Below are positions 37,250-50,894 of a stretch of DNA of 64,000 bases, piece by piece (position 1 is the stretch's first letter; the number at the start of each line of letters is the position of its first letter). The notes below the pieces were generated by a model. That model made no database searches. It was given only the letters and a program-made list of their open reading frames with translations, and had not been told where the DNA came from. This stretch comes from Macrostomum lignano. Taxonomy: Eukaryota. The DNA is taken from the NCBI GenBank assembly GCA_002269645.1, contig NIVC01000105.1, positions 349,992 to 413,991 on the forward strand, given 5' to 3'. The translations under genes and the position numbers were made by a program.

Positions 37250-38223
37250 GCTACTACTGCTACTAATGTTACTACTATTACTACTACTATTACTACTATT
37301 ACTACTATTACTACTACTAATACTAATGTTACTACTATTACTACTACTGCTACTACTATTACTACTACTAATACTAATGTTACTACTATTACTACTACTA
37401 CTACTATTACTACTACTAATACTAATGTTACTACTATTACTACTACTATTACTACTATTACTACTACTACTACTACTAATACTAATGTTACTACTATTAC
37501 TACTACTATTACTACTATTACTACTACTACTACTACTATTACTACTACTACTACTAATGTTACTACTATTACTACTACTGCCCCTACTACTCACCTAGCG
37601 GTGGTGGCGCAAAAGGCCTGCCCAGCCAGCCGCATATACCTCTGCCGAACGTGCATAGCCCAAACCAGATGTGAGCAGGACTCAGTCACATCCTCGTCAA
37701 CTCCAGCGCTGCTAGCCAGATCTGAGTCGCCAGAGATGATCACCCGTTGAAACTGCACCGACCTGGTGTGACTGTCAATGTCATCAACAAGCACCGGTTG
37801 AGCTTGAGCAGGCGTGTCTAAAGTGAGCTGGCGCTCCAACTTGTGCTGCTGACTTTCAATACGTTGAATAGGAAATTTCGGCACATTGAAGTGATCAGAG
37901 CCGTCCGCCAGTTCGTCGCTGTCGTTCTGACTAGCAGGTGCAGAGCCGCTGTCTCCGGCTGCTGCTGCTGCACCTCCGACGCCGGAATCGGACACGTTCG
38001 CCACACGACGCAGAATTGCGGCGCCAAGGGACTCCAGCGAAGCTGGCGGCGGAGGCACCGGCAGAGTGGTGGTGTACAGCTGCTGGTCCGTACTCGATTC
38101 CGAAGACTTTTTCGAATCACTGGTTGCCTGCTGTTGTTTCCGATCATCAGCATCGCGATTGTCGCCGCCATCAGTCAGCCTGCGGCGTTTCGGTGACGGC
38201 AAATTGAACTCAGTTGCACTCAT
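30751..38223 (-). CDS. AMPD: AMP deaminase (AMPD2-like), 6 exons, 857 aa
   Basis: Exons 37595-38223, 36399-36990, 34214-34747, 33269-33556, 31743-32211 and 30751-30812 sum to 2574 nt with consistent phases and GT-AG ends. Motifs: [79 protein letters not shown]. Confidence 0.95.
30872..31723. repeat. 20-bp minisatellite in AMPD intron 5
   Basis: CCATCCTGATTCTTCCCA(C/T)C units. Confidence 0.95.
32293..33250. repeat. 28/31-bp minisatellite in AMPD intron 4
   Basis: CAGCAACTGAGGATCTGGGAGGCTGG units. Confidence 0.95.
33760..34150. repeat. Degenerate repeat of about 20 bp (GGGATTTCC...) in AMPD intron 3
   Basis: Recurrent TAATAGGGATTTCC(T/C)CACAG. Confidence 0.8.
34815..35945. repeat. 23-bp minisatellite GTGAGCTATCCTCAGGTGCCTCA in AMPD intron 2
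   Basis: Highly homogeneous visible array. Confidence 0.95.
35950..36365. repeat. Minisatellite of about 22-23 bp (CAGTAATCCACCTCAGAAATCTT) in AMPD intron 2
   Basis: Visible array abutting the previous one. Confidence 0.9.
37130..37590. repeat. (TAC/TAT)n trinucleotide microsatellite forming most of AMPD intron 1
   Basis: Visible; gives spurious poly-Leu and poly-Ser ORFs. Confidence 0.95.
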
Positions 38224-38324
38224 GCTCTTGTGATGGGCTCTGAAAAATTTATTTTTTTATGTGAATTCTCTTTGACATTTTTTGGCACACTTTGCTATAG
38301 TAACATGTCCGAGCCGTTTGTCAG

Positions 38325-38900
38325 GAGGGGAATTTAGGAAAGATTCTTAAGGGAATTTAGGAAAGATTCTTGGAGGAATTTAGAAAGATTATTGGGGGAA
38401 TTTAGGAAAGTTTCTTAAGGGAATTTAAGAAAGATTCTTGGGGGAATTTATGAAAGTTTCTTAGAGTAACTTAGGAAAGTTTCTTAAGGGAATTTAGGAA
38501 AGATTATTGGAACATTTAGGAAAGATTATTGGGGGAGTTTAGGAAAGTTTCTTAAGGGAATTTAGGAAAGATTCTCGGGGGTATTTAGGAAATATTCTTG
38601 GGGAAATTTAGGAAAGATTCTTGGGGGAATTTAGGAAAGATTCTTGGGGGAGTTTAGGAAAGATTCTTGGGGAAATTTAGGAAAGATTCTTGGGGGAATT
38701 TAGGAAAGATTCTTGGGGGAGTTTAGGAAAGATTCTTGGGGGAATTTGGGAAAGATTCTTGGGGGAATTTTGGAAAAATTCTTGGGGGAATTTAGGAAAG
38801 ATTCTTGACGGAATTTAGAAAAAATTCTTGGGGTATTTAGGAAAGATACTAGGGGAGGTTAAGAAAATATTCTTAGGGAATTTAGGCAAGTTTCTTAAGG
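38325..38900. repeat. Minisatellite of about 22-23 bp (GGGAATTTAGGAAAGATTCTTG) upstream of AMPD
   Basis: Visible units. Confidence 0.9.
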
Positions 38901-40813
38901 AAATTTAGATTCATGAGGGAAAATTTAAGGAAGATTCATAATGTAAAATTTAGAAACTATTTATTAGAAAATATTCCTGCAGGGAAATCAGGTAAAAAAA
39001 TCCTAAAGCCATTTCCAAGCAAAACTTGGGTTTATAGGGGTTAAGTAAGTCCTAATTAACAAACAAAATATTAATTAAAGAAGTCTAGACACGTCTTCCA
39101 AAGCAAAAACAGACAAAATCACAACGCCGTTGCAGAATTTATTGTCACAACTGCCAAAATAAATGAATTATCATTCATTAACCAGCTCCTTAGCACTTTG
39201 CCAAGCGTTTGAAATCATCGGTGATATTCTATTATAAAGAAAATGTTCAATATCGATTTAGTAAGTAGAATTGCAAGAGCGGAGCTTTATTAATTTATTG
39301 ATTTTTTCGTCAAGCATTTCTTAACCTGTTCACGCAAAAAGCACAACATTTGGCAATAAGTTCGAATAGTGATGGCTAGTCGAGAAAAAGAGAATTCAAA
39401 GAAGTTAATCAAGATTTACCATAGGCATTAATATTGAAGCAACAAGACAGACAGACAGACAGAGGCATTTATTTGGTCACAGAAGACAATAGTGGAAAAA
39501 GCAATGAAAAACACCAAGAGGGCAACAATGACTACTAAACAAAGACGCACACACAACCACCTAAACCATGCGCTAATTGTAATGTGACTGTATTGACTCA
39601 AGAATATTTTGTATGGACACCAAAAAATTAGACAGATAAACAACAAAGAAAAACAATATGAAATAAACCAAATTATGGGAAGAGTGAAAAAAAAAACTAA
39701 AAAACACAATTTTAGCTATCAAATAAATTTCATGACAAAGTCGAGGCTTTGTAACTTTAATTAAATTAAAGTTAATTTAATTTAACAAACAGAAAAAACA
39801 AACAAATTTTTCAAAGATATAAATTAAAGTTCTTCTCAATCTTGTTGATTTGTGCTTTTTATCAAATTTTTGTTGGCACAACTAACAAGCTGTTAATCAG
39901 TGTGCACTGATTGACAAGATTTATTAAATAATATATTAGCAATGATGCATAGATAATAGTTCCACCGTATGCTACTTGGAAGTAGTATTTGTGTAGCAAC
40001 AGTAGTACCAAATAAAAAAGTACCGATTATCAAAACGTCAAAAATTCGAAAGAAGAAAAAAAACACATTTTTTGGATAGATTTTGTTTTAATACGCCAAA
40101 ATGAGTTTTAATTTTTTATAAAGCACCTTCTTTCTATGTCTATGGCAGGGGGCAGGCAGACTTTTTACCTCGCGGGTTAGATGAGACTGGAGAGGAGAAG
40201 GAATAGAAGATGAGAGACGAGAGAAGAGACGAGGTGAGGAATAGGATGAGTGAATAGATAAGATAAGAGAGACGAGAGAAGAGCGAGAGGAGAGGGGAGA
40301 GAGGAGAGGGGGGAGAGGAGAGGGGAGAGAGGAGAGGGGAGAGAGGAGAGGGGAGAGAGGAGAGAGGAGAGAGGAGAGGGGAGAGAGGAGAGGGGAGAGA
40401 GGAGAAGGGAGAGAGGAGAGGGGAGAGAGGAGAGGGGATAGAGGAGAAGGGAGAGAGAAGAGAGAAAAGACAGAAACCTTGACTCAGCCGGATTGCTATT
40501 GTGAAGTTTCAAAGGACCTGAGTGCCGGATAGAGAGGCTTCTTCGCGGGCCGAAGTTTGCCTACCGGCCCTGGTCTAAGGCAATTCTCAACCGATTTTCT
40601 CGGGTGTTGTTTCATTTTAAAATATGATATTTGCGTTTATTTTGAACCAACCAGGGTTTCGGGTGTCCACTGTCCAATCTTTCTTAGAAAGAAAGTCCGT
40701 AAAGTTGAATTACTTTTAATAAATGAATAAATTTTGATTAACGAATCTCCAAGATAAGCTAACACCAATAACAATCACACTAATGGGAACCTGTCAATCA
40801 GTCTTACTGGCAT

Positions 40814-43800
40814 TCAATCGTCATCATCTCGGAAGTCGCCATATCGCCAGATGTTCAATCTAGCTTTGAAAGCAACCGCCTGTTTGGCCGCATACTTTGA
40901 GTACAGCTCGCCGCCTTTGCCGGATTTGGAGCCCATCGGTGGTCGGCGATCAATGAATAGCAGGCCTTTCTCCAGCAGCAGCTCAGCTACATCAACTCCG
41001 CTAGCCTTCTCAACCAGCTGCACGTAGGCTACCCCGTCTGACTCATAAACTCGCCGAACAGTGGCAGGTTTATTAGCCACAGTGTCCAGCATGAGCTCAA
41101 CAGACAGTTGGATGTCTTCTTCATCTGGCGGAGGCTGACTGAAAGCCAGTCGGCAGACTCGAGCTAGCGGAGCTTGAGCACGCAATGAGTCCGGCAGCTG
41201 AGCAATATCGGCTACATTGTTAATGATCTTCTCCAAGCCCAGATCGATCAGGTTCACAGTTTTGCCTGTGGAATCGGATTTCAGCACCCTGGCACGCTGC
41301 CATGCACTGTTGAAGCGAACAGCGCACAGGTCGCCTTTGCGAGGCGCGTAGGCACCCGGCACGGGCGGGCGCCGCTCTTCGAGTTCTTCGCGAAGAGCGG
41401 CAGCGAGGCGGGTGCGCCGTTCAGCATCGTCGGCTAGCTGGACGCAGAAGGACAGGTCTGGCCGGATCTGGGCGACAGGGGCAGTGGTGGGTGCGCATGC
41501 GATATTATTTAATTTGTATGGGAGAAACTCAAATAGACTGACAGCGGTTGAGGATTAGGAGAGACAACGATTGGGGTAGGACTGAGGACAAGACTAAGGA
41601 GGAGACGAAGGAGACGGGAAGTAGACAGGGAGGGAAACAGAGGGAAACAGAGGGAAACAGAGGGAGACACAGGGAAACAGAGAGGGAGACAGAGGGAGAC
41701 ACAGAAGGGAGACAGAGGGAGACAGAAGGAGACACAGAGGGAGACAGAGGGAGACACAGAAGGGAGACAGAGGGAGACAGAGGGAGACAGAGGGAGACAG
41801 AAGGAGACACAGAGGGAGACAGGGAGGGAGACAGAGCGAGACAGAGGGAGACAGAGGGGGGGGAAGAGAGGGAGAACAGCAGAATCCTAGACTACAGCAG
41901 CAACATGGTACGGTAAAACGGCAGTTAATTGAATGCTGATGAAGGAGGCTGCTCAGGCCGCAGGCTCACCTCAGTGACGGTGCACTCCAGCGGTCCGCTA
42001 TCTTCGCCACCACCAGCGGCGTCCTTCCTTTGACCGGATGCGGGCCCGGAAGCGGCAGACTCGGCTCGGCCATTGTCTGTAGTCGAGGCCACACTCCAGA
42101 CATTAAGCTTGTCAGCTTTGGCCTTTTCCTCAGCTTTGCTCAATGCAGGATAATAGTCGGACTTCTCAGCCGTGAAGTGCACTTTACCGTAGCCTTTCTC
42201 AACCAGGCTAACAGCCAGATTCTCGCCGTCGACAAACAGATGACCAATAAAGTTGCCGCCGCGGTCGCAGGCTTCAACTAGGACTTCGACTTCGCGCTGA
42301 AGGCAGAGCTCCTTGACGAATCGGCTGGCCTCCTCGCCGAATGGTTCGCCGGGCTCCTCCGAGCCATTGGGCAGTCGTCTGGGAGTCCTGGGGCACTCCA
42401 CTCCGGTCAGCAGCAGGGTCACCAGGCAGGTGCTGCGAGGCACGTAGACTCGGAACCGATTAGCCGAGGCAACGAATTCTACGAGAGCTTCCTGTCTGCC
42501 GCTACGCTGCAGCGACGGCAGGAACTGCTTGGCTCGCTTGGGGTCGCCAGCCAGATCGGAGATCTTGTGCGCCGGCGGCTCCTTCTTGCTGTGCACACCG
42601 GCCGCCTGCGATGTGGGATTAACGGAAGTGGCGTCGGGATTAACAGCTATGGGGTCGGGATTAACATCCATGGGGTCGGGATTAACAGCTATGGGGTCGG
42701 GATTAACAGCTATGGGGTCGGGATTAACATCTATGGGGTCGGGATTAACATCTATGGGGTCGGGATTAACATCTATGGGTTCGGGATTAACAGCTATGGG
42801 GTCGGGATTAACATCTATGGGGTCGGGATTAACATCTATGGGGTCGGGATTAACATCTATGGGGTCGGGATTAACATCTATGGGGTCGGGATTAACATCT
42901 ATGGGGTCGGGATTAACATCTATGGGGTCGGGATTAACATCTATGGGGTCGGGATTAACATCTATGGGGTCGGGATTAACATCTATGGGGTCGGGATTAA
43001 CAGTCATGGGGTCGGGATTAACATCCATGGGGGTGGGGGTCGGGATTAACAGCCATGGGGGTCAGGATTAACATCTATGGGGTCGGGATTAACATCTATG
43101 GGGTCGGGATTAACATCTATGGGTTCGGGATTAACAGCTATGGGGTCGGGATTAACATCTATGGGGTCGGGATTAACATCTATGGGGTCGGGATTAACAT
43201 CTATGGGGTCGGGATTAACATCTATGGGGTCGGGATTAACATCTATGGGGTCGGGATTAACATCTATGGGGTCGGGATTAACATCTATGGGGTCGGGATT
43301 AACATCTATGGGGTCGGGATTAACATCCATGGGGTCGGGATTAACATCCATGGGCTGGGATTAACGGCCGTGGGGCGGGATTAACAGCTATGGGGTCAGG
43401 ATTAACAGCCGTGGGGTCGGGATTAACGGCCATGGAGTCAGGAGATTACCAGTCATGGGTTGGGATTAACATCCATGGGGTCGGGATTAACAGTTATGGG
43501 TTGGGATTATCTAAAGATTAAATTAAGTCAAGGGGTCAGGATGTTACGCAAATCTGTACGACCTTGAACTACAAATTCACGGGATCTACTTAGACAATAT
43601 ACGAGTATAAGTAACCCCCACAACTCCACAATATTAACAGCCTGGCTAACCTTTTTCTGAGCGACAGCTTCGGCAGCCAGCAGAGCGTCATAAGCAGAGG
43701 ACCGATTGTCATCATCAGCGCGATAGCGGATCACATAGCCGAGGCCCTTCTGCACCAGAGCCTCCGCCACGTTCACCTCGCCAACGAGAACTGTGGCGCC

Positions 43801-46800
43801 AACTTTCTCGGGAAATTCCGGCGATTTCGGTTGAACATAGTCCACACGTGCGGTGATGCGTTTGCCAATTAAACGCTTGCGTAGAAATTCACGAGCCTCG
43901 AACATGTAGGGAATGTCATAGAGTGGACGGGACACCCTGGACACAAAAATGGTTGATTATGTTTAAACACGTGTTAAATAATTCACGCACTAACTGATTT
44001 CGAATTTTAAATCAAAATAAAGCACATACCTACCATACTCTAGTGTCCTTAGATGAACCCCTGGCTACCTTATTCCAGTGTCCTTAAATGACCCCTGGCT
44101 CCCACGCCCATCCCAGTGTCCTTAAATGACCCCTTGCTACCCTTGCCCTACCAGTGTCCTTAAATGACACCTTGCTACCCTACCCTTCCCGTGTCCTTAA
44201 ATGACCCCTTGCTACCCTACCCTTCCCGTGTCCTTAAATGACCCCTTGCTACCCTACCCTTCCCGTGTCCTTAAATGACCCCTTGCTACCCTACCCTTCC
44301 CGTGTCCTTAGATGACCCCTTGCTACCCTACTCTTCCCGTGTCCTTAAATGACCCCTTGCTACCCTACCCTTCCCGTGTCCTTAAATGACCCCTTGCTAC
44401 CCTACCCTTCCCGTGTCCTTAAATGACCCCTTGCTACCCTACCCTTCCCGTGTCCTTAAATGATCCCTTGCTACCCTACCCTATTCGTGTACTTAATTGA
44501 CCCCTTGCTAACATACTCTACCAGTGTTCTTAAATTATCTCTTGCTACCCTACCATACCAGTGTCCTTTAATCACCCCCTGCTACCTTACTCTACCCATG
44601 TCCTTAAATATACCCCTAGCAACCCTTGAAACCAACCATTAAACCCTTTGCTTTACGATATTTCTTCAATCTTTAATTTACTATAGTCCCGGCACTATTG
44701 GCAAAATTATTATATTCTAATAAAGAAACGTAAAAAAGACTTACTTAGGCCTCTGTCCATCAGCATCGGGAGCATTGGCTCGAGGCGGCCTAATGGAAGC
44801 CAAGAACAGCTTCACATAATCGCCTGTGTCCTGCCGTTTCACTACTAAACTATCGCCGTTGCCAACTTCTACAACGCGACCTTCGATATTGTCGCCAGAT
44901 TTTAAACCTTTCTCGGATTTGTTGCTATGCCCGATGCCGCCCCCGCTGCCGGCCGTTTCCACGTAGTCCTGTTTGGGAGTTTGGAAATTATGGACTCGTG
45001 AAGATTAAACAATGGAAACATATAAGTAAGGATTCAGTCACGACTCATTGGGATCAGGATTGAGTCACGATTCATGGGGATCGGGATCGGGTCATGGGGA
45101 TCAGAATGAGGTTATGGGGATCAGGACTGGGTCATGGGGATCAGGACTGGGTCATGGGGATCAGGATTGGGTCATGGAGATCAGGATTGGGCTATGGGGA
45201 TCAGAATTGGGTCATGGGGATCAGAATTGGGTCATGGGATCAGAATGAGGTCATGCGGATCAGGATTGGGTCATGGGACTCATGGGGGTCAGGTTTGGGT
45301 CATGATGACTAAAATTGTAGAGTCATGGCAATCAGAACCGATTCAAGCGATTAGGATTAAAAGTTATTAACAGGAATTTGGATTACTGATTAAAATTGAA
45401 TCATAAGATTTCGATAAAAGATTCAAGGAACTGTAAGTCTAAAAAACGAACTTACCTTCCACAGTCTCCTCCTAGCCTTCTTGGCATCTCTCTCAGCCTG
45501 TCTGAGCTTGACCGCCGCTCCTGGCTGGCTAACAACTCCCATACTCCAGTCTACGCACCGAGCCAGGCCCTCCTGCACCAGAATCTCGGCAATGTTGCCA
45601 TTGGTATGCAGCACAGAGCCAACCACACTCTGACCCGAGACAGTCTCCAATACTAGCCGGACATTGCGCTGCAGCAGGCGAGCTTCAACAAAAAACTTGG
45701 CCTCCTCAGCGTAGGGTTCAGCGATTGGTTGAGCCTGTTGCTGCTGTTGCTGTTGCTGAGTTCCGGGTTCAGTTGAGTCTCCCGTGTTTCCATCATCTTG
45801 CTGCTGCTGCTGCTGCTGCTGTTGCGGCTGTTTAAACGTAGGCGATTTAACACCGCTGAGCATAAATGAGACGCTATAGTAGGCATCAGGCAGGGCGATC
45901 AACACCCGATATGTGCAGGCATCGCGAACGTGCTCAATAATAGCATTCAACGGTCGCTGCTTGTGCGAGTCAACAAACAGTCTGGGATTGTCAACCTTCC
46001 AGACAACGTTTCGAACATGATTTGCGGCTGGTTCAGTCTGGCTCCATTTGCCTTTGCCATCGGCTTTGGCCTGGTCTTCCAGGGCCCCCAGCTGGTTCAT
46101 CTGGTCGGACCCTGAGGGGCCACCGCCACCGCCTGTACGGCGAACTTCGGCAAGACCTTCGCGAACCAAAGCCTCGTTTATGTTCACTCGCTCGGATTCT
46201 GGTTCCACTCTGTGGGTGAGTTTTAAATAATACTATATGTACTACTGTCAGTAAGGTAGGTCTTCAGTCCAGACAGTAGAAGGTACTTCAGGAAAACGGA
46301 GAGAAACTTCAGGCAGATAGAAGGTAGAAAATCTTCTGAAAAACAAGAGGACACTTCAGCAAGATAGGAAACTTCAGAGAGATAGAAGGAAACTTCAGGA
46401 AGATAGGAGGAAACTTCAGAGAGATAGAAGGAAACTTCAGAGAGATAGGAGGAAACTTCAGAGAGATAGGAGAAACTTCAGGAAGATAGGAGGAAAATGC
46501 AGGATAAAAAGGCCTCAAGAGCAGATACGATAGCTTTAGAAATATAACACAAGCCCAGACTTTCAACAATCAGTCAGACTCACCTATCGTAGAGCACGCC
46601 ATAATATTTCTTATTCCCAGTGCCGCCAACAATGGTCTCGCAAGCGAACAGCACCTCTTTACCAACCAGGCGCCTCAGATACTCCCTAGACTCATAAGCC
46701 CACGGCTCGTCTTTGGTCACTTCACCAGAAGCCAGACGTCGCCCAAGTCGAGGCGCCTGAATACTGGTCAGGCCGCAGTTCCACTCCTGCGGCGGGCCGC

Positions 46801-49516
46801 CACGAGGCCTGTCCCTGATGATCAGGGAGTCGCCTGATAGGATCTAATTGGGCAATGGGATAAATATGGGTTGTAATTATATCACAGACACAGATTAAAG
46901 TGGCAAGGTTGTAGCCTAGTGGTCAGAGCATCAAAGTCTCGACTGGGAGGTCGGGGGTTCAATTCTCTACCCAGAGAATATGCTGTATATGCTGTATATT
47001 GATATGCTGTATTGCATACCATTTTGTCTACACCATATAAGATACTTCCTTAGACCTAAGTCTAAGAAGGCTTCTATATGCTGGAATTCTGAGGCAAAAG
47101 ACATCATTTTAAATGTTATATTATTAGAGTTCTGGCATAACCTAATTTTTTTTATATCAATATTAAATCCATAGCTATTTCTTAAAACCTTTCTTATAGC
47201 CTATTTATATCTACTATATTTTGCCAAAAGTTCTGTGATATATAGGTCTATTATAAAAGAAATAAACAAGCAAAAAAACTAATGGACATAGGCTTTTTAG
47301 AGTCTAATATTTAAACATTGTGTCTAAAATATAAGGATTAGAGTAATTTTGGTGACAATAAAAAAGGCCTTTTTGGCAATAGCCATTGTAGCTACAAACA
47401 GCAAAATCATCTTGTCAATTATAAGTGATATGAGCCTAAAAGTTTAGATATTTTCTTATATGGTAAAGTATGTTACATTTAATTTTGTTTATTTACTATT
47501 ATAGTTGCAATCTTTTAAATTTGTATGTTTTCCAAATCTGGTAAAAATTTGGTTCTTCTTGTGATTTGGCATTTTGCGATAAAGATGGTTTATTTGTTTA
47601 TGGTTTAAGTCTAAATATTCTAAAAAACAATATTATTAGATTGATTTTTTCAAATTACCCAAATACAAATATTAATATAGCATTTTCTAAGCCCATTAAG
47701 CCTAGGAGCAAGCAATTTAATCCTTATTGGGAGAATCAAGCTGTTAAAGACTTGTTTTTCATTGTCTATAGCCCAAAAGGGGGTCTATGAAACAAACAAC
47801 TTGATAATTTGGGCACGCAATTAATCCTTTTCACAGTGCTTGTATATCTTTCATAAATAACTTCATTGAAATAACATCTCTAAATAGATGGCATATCAAA
47901 AAATGATTGATATTAACTTTTTGATTTTAGAGAAACCAATCAAAACAGTAACAGACAAAACCATAGCAAACAGTATAAGCCAAGAACAATTGTGTTTCTC
48001 ACAATGCTCATCCACTGCATCTTAGGCTATAGCAAAACTTTTGTCATTGCTCTGCTTGCTAAATTCTTTATTGGCTATATCTATGTTTGTCTAATGAAAT
48101 ATATTATTTTCTATGGTCTAAGGCTTGTACAACTATGGAAAGGATTAATAATGCACCTGAATTCTCAAATTGGTTGCTCTATAGACCCTTTTTTTCAGGC
48201 CATAGACACTGAAAAACAAGTTTTCAATAGCTTGATTCTCCCATTAAAGATTAAATTGCTTCTTCCTAGGCTTAATTGGCTTGGAAAATGCTATAAATCA
48301 TTATACTTTTCAATAGAATTTTTAAATATATATAAAATAAATCTAAATTAAATAATTACAAACTGATAATATGAAGTGTCTGTTTTCATTAAAATGACTA
48401 TAATCACCAAATCTTTCATTTTTCACCAAAAGTAAAGTGTCTAAATTATAGAAGAAACTGTCACTAAAATGACTATTTGTTATTAAAATGACTTGCCACA
48501 AAACAACTAGGCCCTTAGCACTTTATAGTAAGGAAAGTATCCTATAAGCCATAATTTTCTAGCATATATTAGTCCTTCATAGTTTATGGGCATGCATATT
48601 TGGCATGCTTGAATCTTAAAAAGTTGCATTTGGCATACAAAAAGAGATATACAAAGATATTGAAAAGTAGAAACAAGTATTTTCCTGTTTCTATAACAAA
48701 AGGTAAGGGCCTAGAACACTTCAAAGAAAAAGGCAAATAGTTAAAAGGTAGCAGGAGTAGAAACAAATAAAATTTGACATAGGCCTACTTTAAGGCATAT
48801 TTGGTATACTACACATAAAATTTGCCCAAAAAACCCTGGCATACTTTGGACATCTTTTTGACAGTGGCTAAAACTCAAAAAATATTAAAATATAAAAAAC
48901 TAAAAAATAAAAGTCTTGTTTTCTCATTCATGTCTTGAATTATATGCAATACACTTATATAGTTGCATACTAAATACTAAAAAGTGTCTTTCAATAGGCT
49001 TAGACTCTATGTATCAGCTCAATTGCAAAGCCCATAAATGGCAATTGTTGTGTTGACATTTGGATTGTTCCTCCTGTCCTGTCCTTGTTCCTCCTTGCAT
49101 GCATAAAATCAATATTAATTTTTTAGAAAATGTTATGCAGTTAATATTAATAATGCAGTTATTAAAATTAAAAAATGCCAACTGATAAAACTCTAACTCA
49201 GGACCTTAAAAACATCATACAACAATCAACAATGATGCCAGATATTGCAGCATGAGCATTGCTATTTGAATTGACTATTGGCAAGGCCAAGAAAGGTTGT
49301 TTGCAAGTCGTTTAAACAATTTGTAGACATAAAATTAACTAATAAAAACACTGTTTTTATGTAAGCCTACACAATATTGACAAAGCTTGGTGTCTTCACT
49401 ATAAAGTTAATAAGTCAGTTAAAATCATTTAAAATAATACAGAATTGTTTGACAAATTAATTACATACCAGCTTCACGGTACCCCGGAGCAACTGGTTTT
49501 GACCTGAAACCGCCAT
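40814..49516 (-). CDS. SND1: Tudor staphylococcal nuclease (Tudor-SN/p100), 7 exons, 953 aa
   Basis: Exons 49469-49516 ([16 protein letters not shown]), 46584-46843 (ILSGD...RGGPP...[14 protein letters not shown]), 45456-46209, 44745-44968, 43651-43936 ([22 protein letters not shown]), 41970-42605 ([13 protein letters not shown]...GNFIGHL) and 40814-41467 (Tudor [13 protein letters not shown]...WQRARV; [12 protein letters not shown]) sum to 2862 nt, all GT-AG and in phase. Confidence 0.96.
41630..41860. repeat. GA-rich repeat (AGAGGGAGAC) in SND1 intron 6
   Basis: Visible. Confidence 0.85.
42615..43505. repeat. 21-bp minisatellite GGGATTAACATCTATGGGGTC in SND1 intron 5
   Basis: Visible homogeneous array. 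Confidence 0.95.
44043..44600. repeat. 37-bp minisatellite GTCCTTAAATGACCCCTTGCTACCCTACCCTTCCCGT in SND1 intron 4
   Basis: Visible units, degenerate at the edges. Confidence 0.9.
45045..45305. repeat. 20-bp minisatellite GGGATCAGGATTGGGTCATG in SND1 intron 3
   Basis: Visible units. Confidence 0.88.
46285..46500. repeat. Minisatellite of about 21-22 bp (GAAACTTCAGAGAGATAGAAG) in SND1 intron 2
   Basis: Visible units. Confidence 0.85.
46907..46975 (+). mobile_element. Isolated tRNA-like SINE head fragment in SND1 intron 1
   Basis: GGTTGTAGCCTAGTGGTCAGAGC...GAGGTCGGGGGTTCAATTC matches the head of the SINE at 61234. The anticodon arm and acceptor stem are degenerate, so it is not a tRNA gene. 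Confidence 0.65.
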
Positions 49517-50894
49517 TTAAAGAGAAAGCGTTTTACTTATACAACTGATTTTTTAGAAGTTAATCACTTAATTACTTAAGCGAACTCTTACGCTTTTTAC
49601 TCAGCGCGCGTGAAACTAAACAATCTGACTCACGTCAAAAATAGAAGTTTACTCGGTAAAACAACTAAATATTACAAATTTACAGTTTCAACGATTTATA
49701 ACGGTAACAATGTCTAATAATAGCTTTTACTTATTAGAAAATATTTAAAAGTCATAACTTCAAATATATATATACTTCCAAATCGCTGATTTGAATTGGG
49801 TCAAGACTGAGAGGGTTATGCATCGCTACTTACTTTGACCGTTTACACATTTATTACTACATCTGCATGTAACATGTATGTATAACTGAACAATTTGCTT
49901 AACATGAGAGACCTGGAAACAGCTGAAACTGAGTACTGTCTTGTATGTTTAGAAAGCAGCATGTACGTGACTGACATGTACATGTAAATAAAGGTTAATG
50001 TTCTGGATACAATGGCTTTACGGGATCATATGTGCTTAATCACCCACTTAAAAGAATTGACAGCAAGGGAAGTTCTACATATATGTATCTGCTTTAGTAA
50101 ACAACATTAGAATTTTCGTCGAGGGAAAAAATATAACAGATCGATGCTTCTCGACTTTGTAAAGACTATTATAAGCGTTGAAGAAGCTGCATTAGCCAAA
50201 CCACGATGTTTTACATGTACATGTATATAGTATCCGTTAAGTGAGGGCTTTTTGCACTTGCAACCAAGCTATTTATACGATTTATTTATCGTTGCTTGCT
50301 GTGGACATGGTGAAATTAGCGGCAGTATATATTGTTGGGAATATAATTTAATAACTTGATAAATCTTATAAACGCGTTGCTAAGATTGTTAATTTGCTGG
50401 GGGGCCATATCTTAGGAGAGCCAGTAGCTTTTTAAGGAATCGTGAAAATTCGGGACAGATTGACATCAAAACCTGACAAGCAGGGGCGCCAGATCAGCGC
50501 GCAAGGGAACGCCAGATCAGCGCGCAAGGGAGCGCCAGATCAGCGCGCAAGGGGGCCATTGTTTTTGCCTCTTGGGTAGGCCAGCCCCCTTTGCCCTCCT
50601 AAGCTGGCTATGCCCTTGCCATAACTACATTTACTCCTTGTCTACAGTAAAATTCTCTTGAGAATCATGGCCTAAAATTAAATTGCTCTCTGTCATTCTA
50701 TGTTCGTTTTAACCAAATGTTTTCAAGTAAAGTCACGTTCCCCGTGCCCTCCATATGTTGTCGTCTCTGCAGAACAGGTGCTGGAAGATTTAGCATCTGA
50801 CATGATTTATTTCACTTACAACAAACGGTATTTAATAGACTCGACCTTACCGTCTAAACAGTGAGGACTCGACTGCAATCATATTGTAAAAACC

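Noticed and set aside
37127-37598. Poly-Ser and poly-Leu ORFs
   Set aside because: Translations of the (TAC)n intron microsatellite.
42606-43351. (PIDVNPD)n in frame with SND1 exon 6, suggesting a repeat insertion in the protein
   Set aside because: The acceptor at 42606-42607 gives the conserved QKK|AAGVHSKK junction. The intron is 1045 nt and contains stops, so retention cannot keep the frame.
47992-48351. IHCIL...NWLGK resemblance to hAT/Buster transposase motifs
   Set aside because: Motif spacing does not fit and the similarity is too weak in AT-rich DNA.
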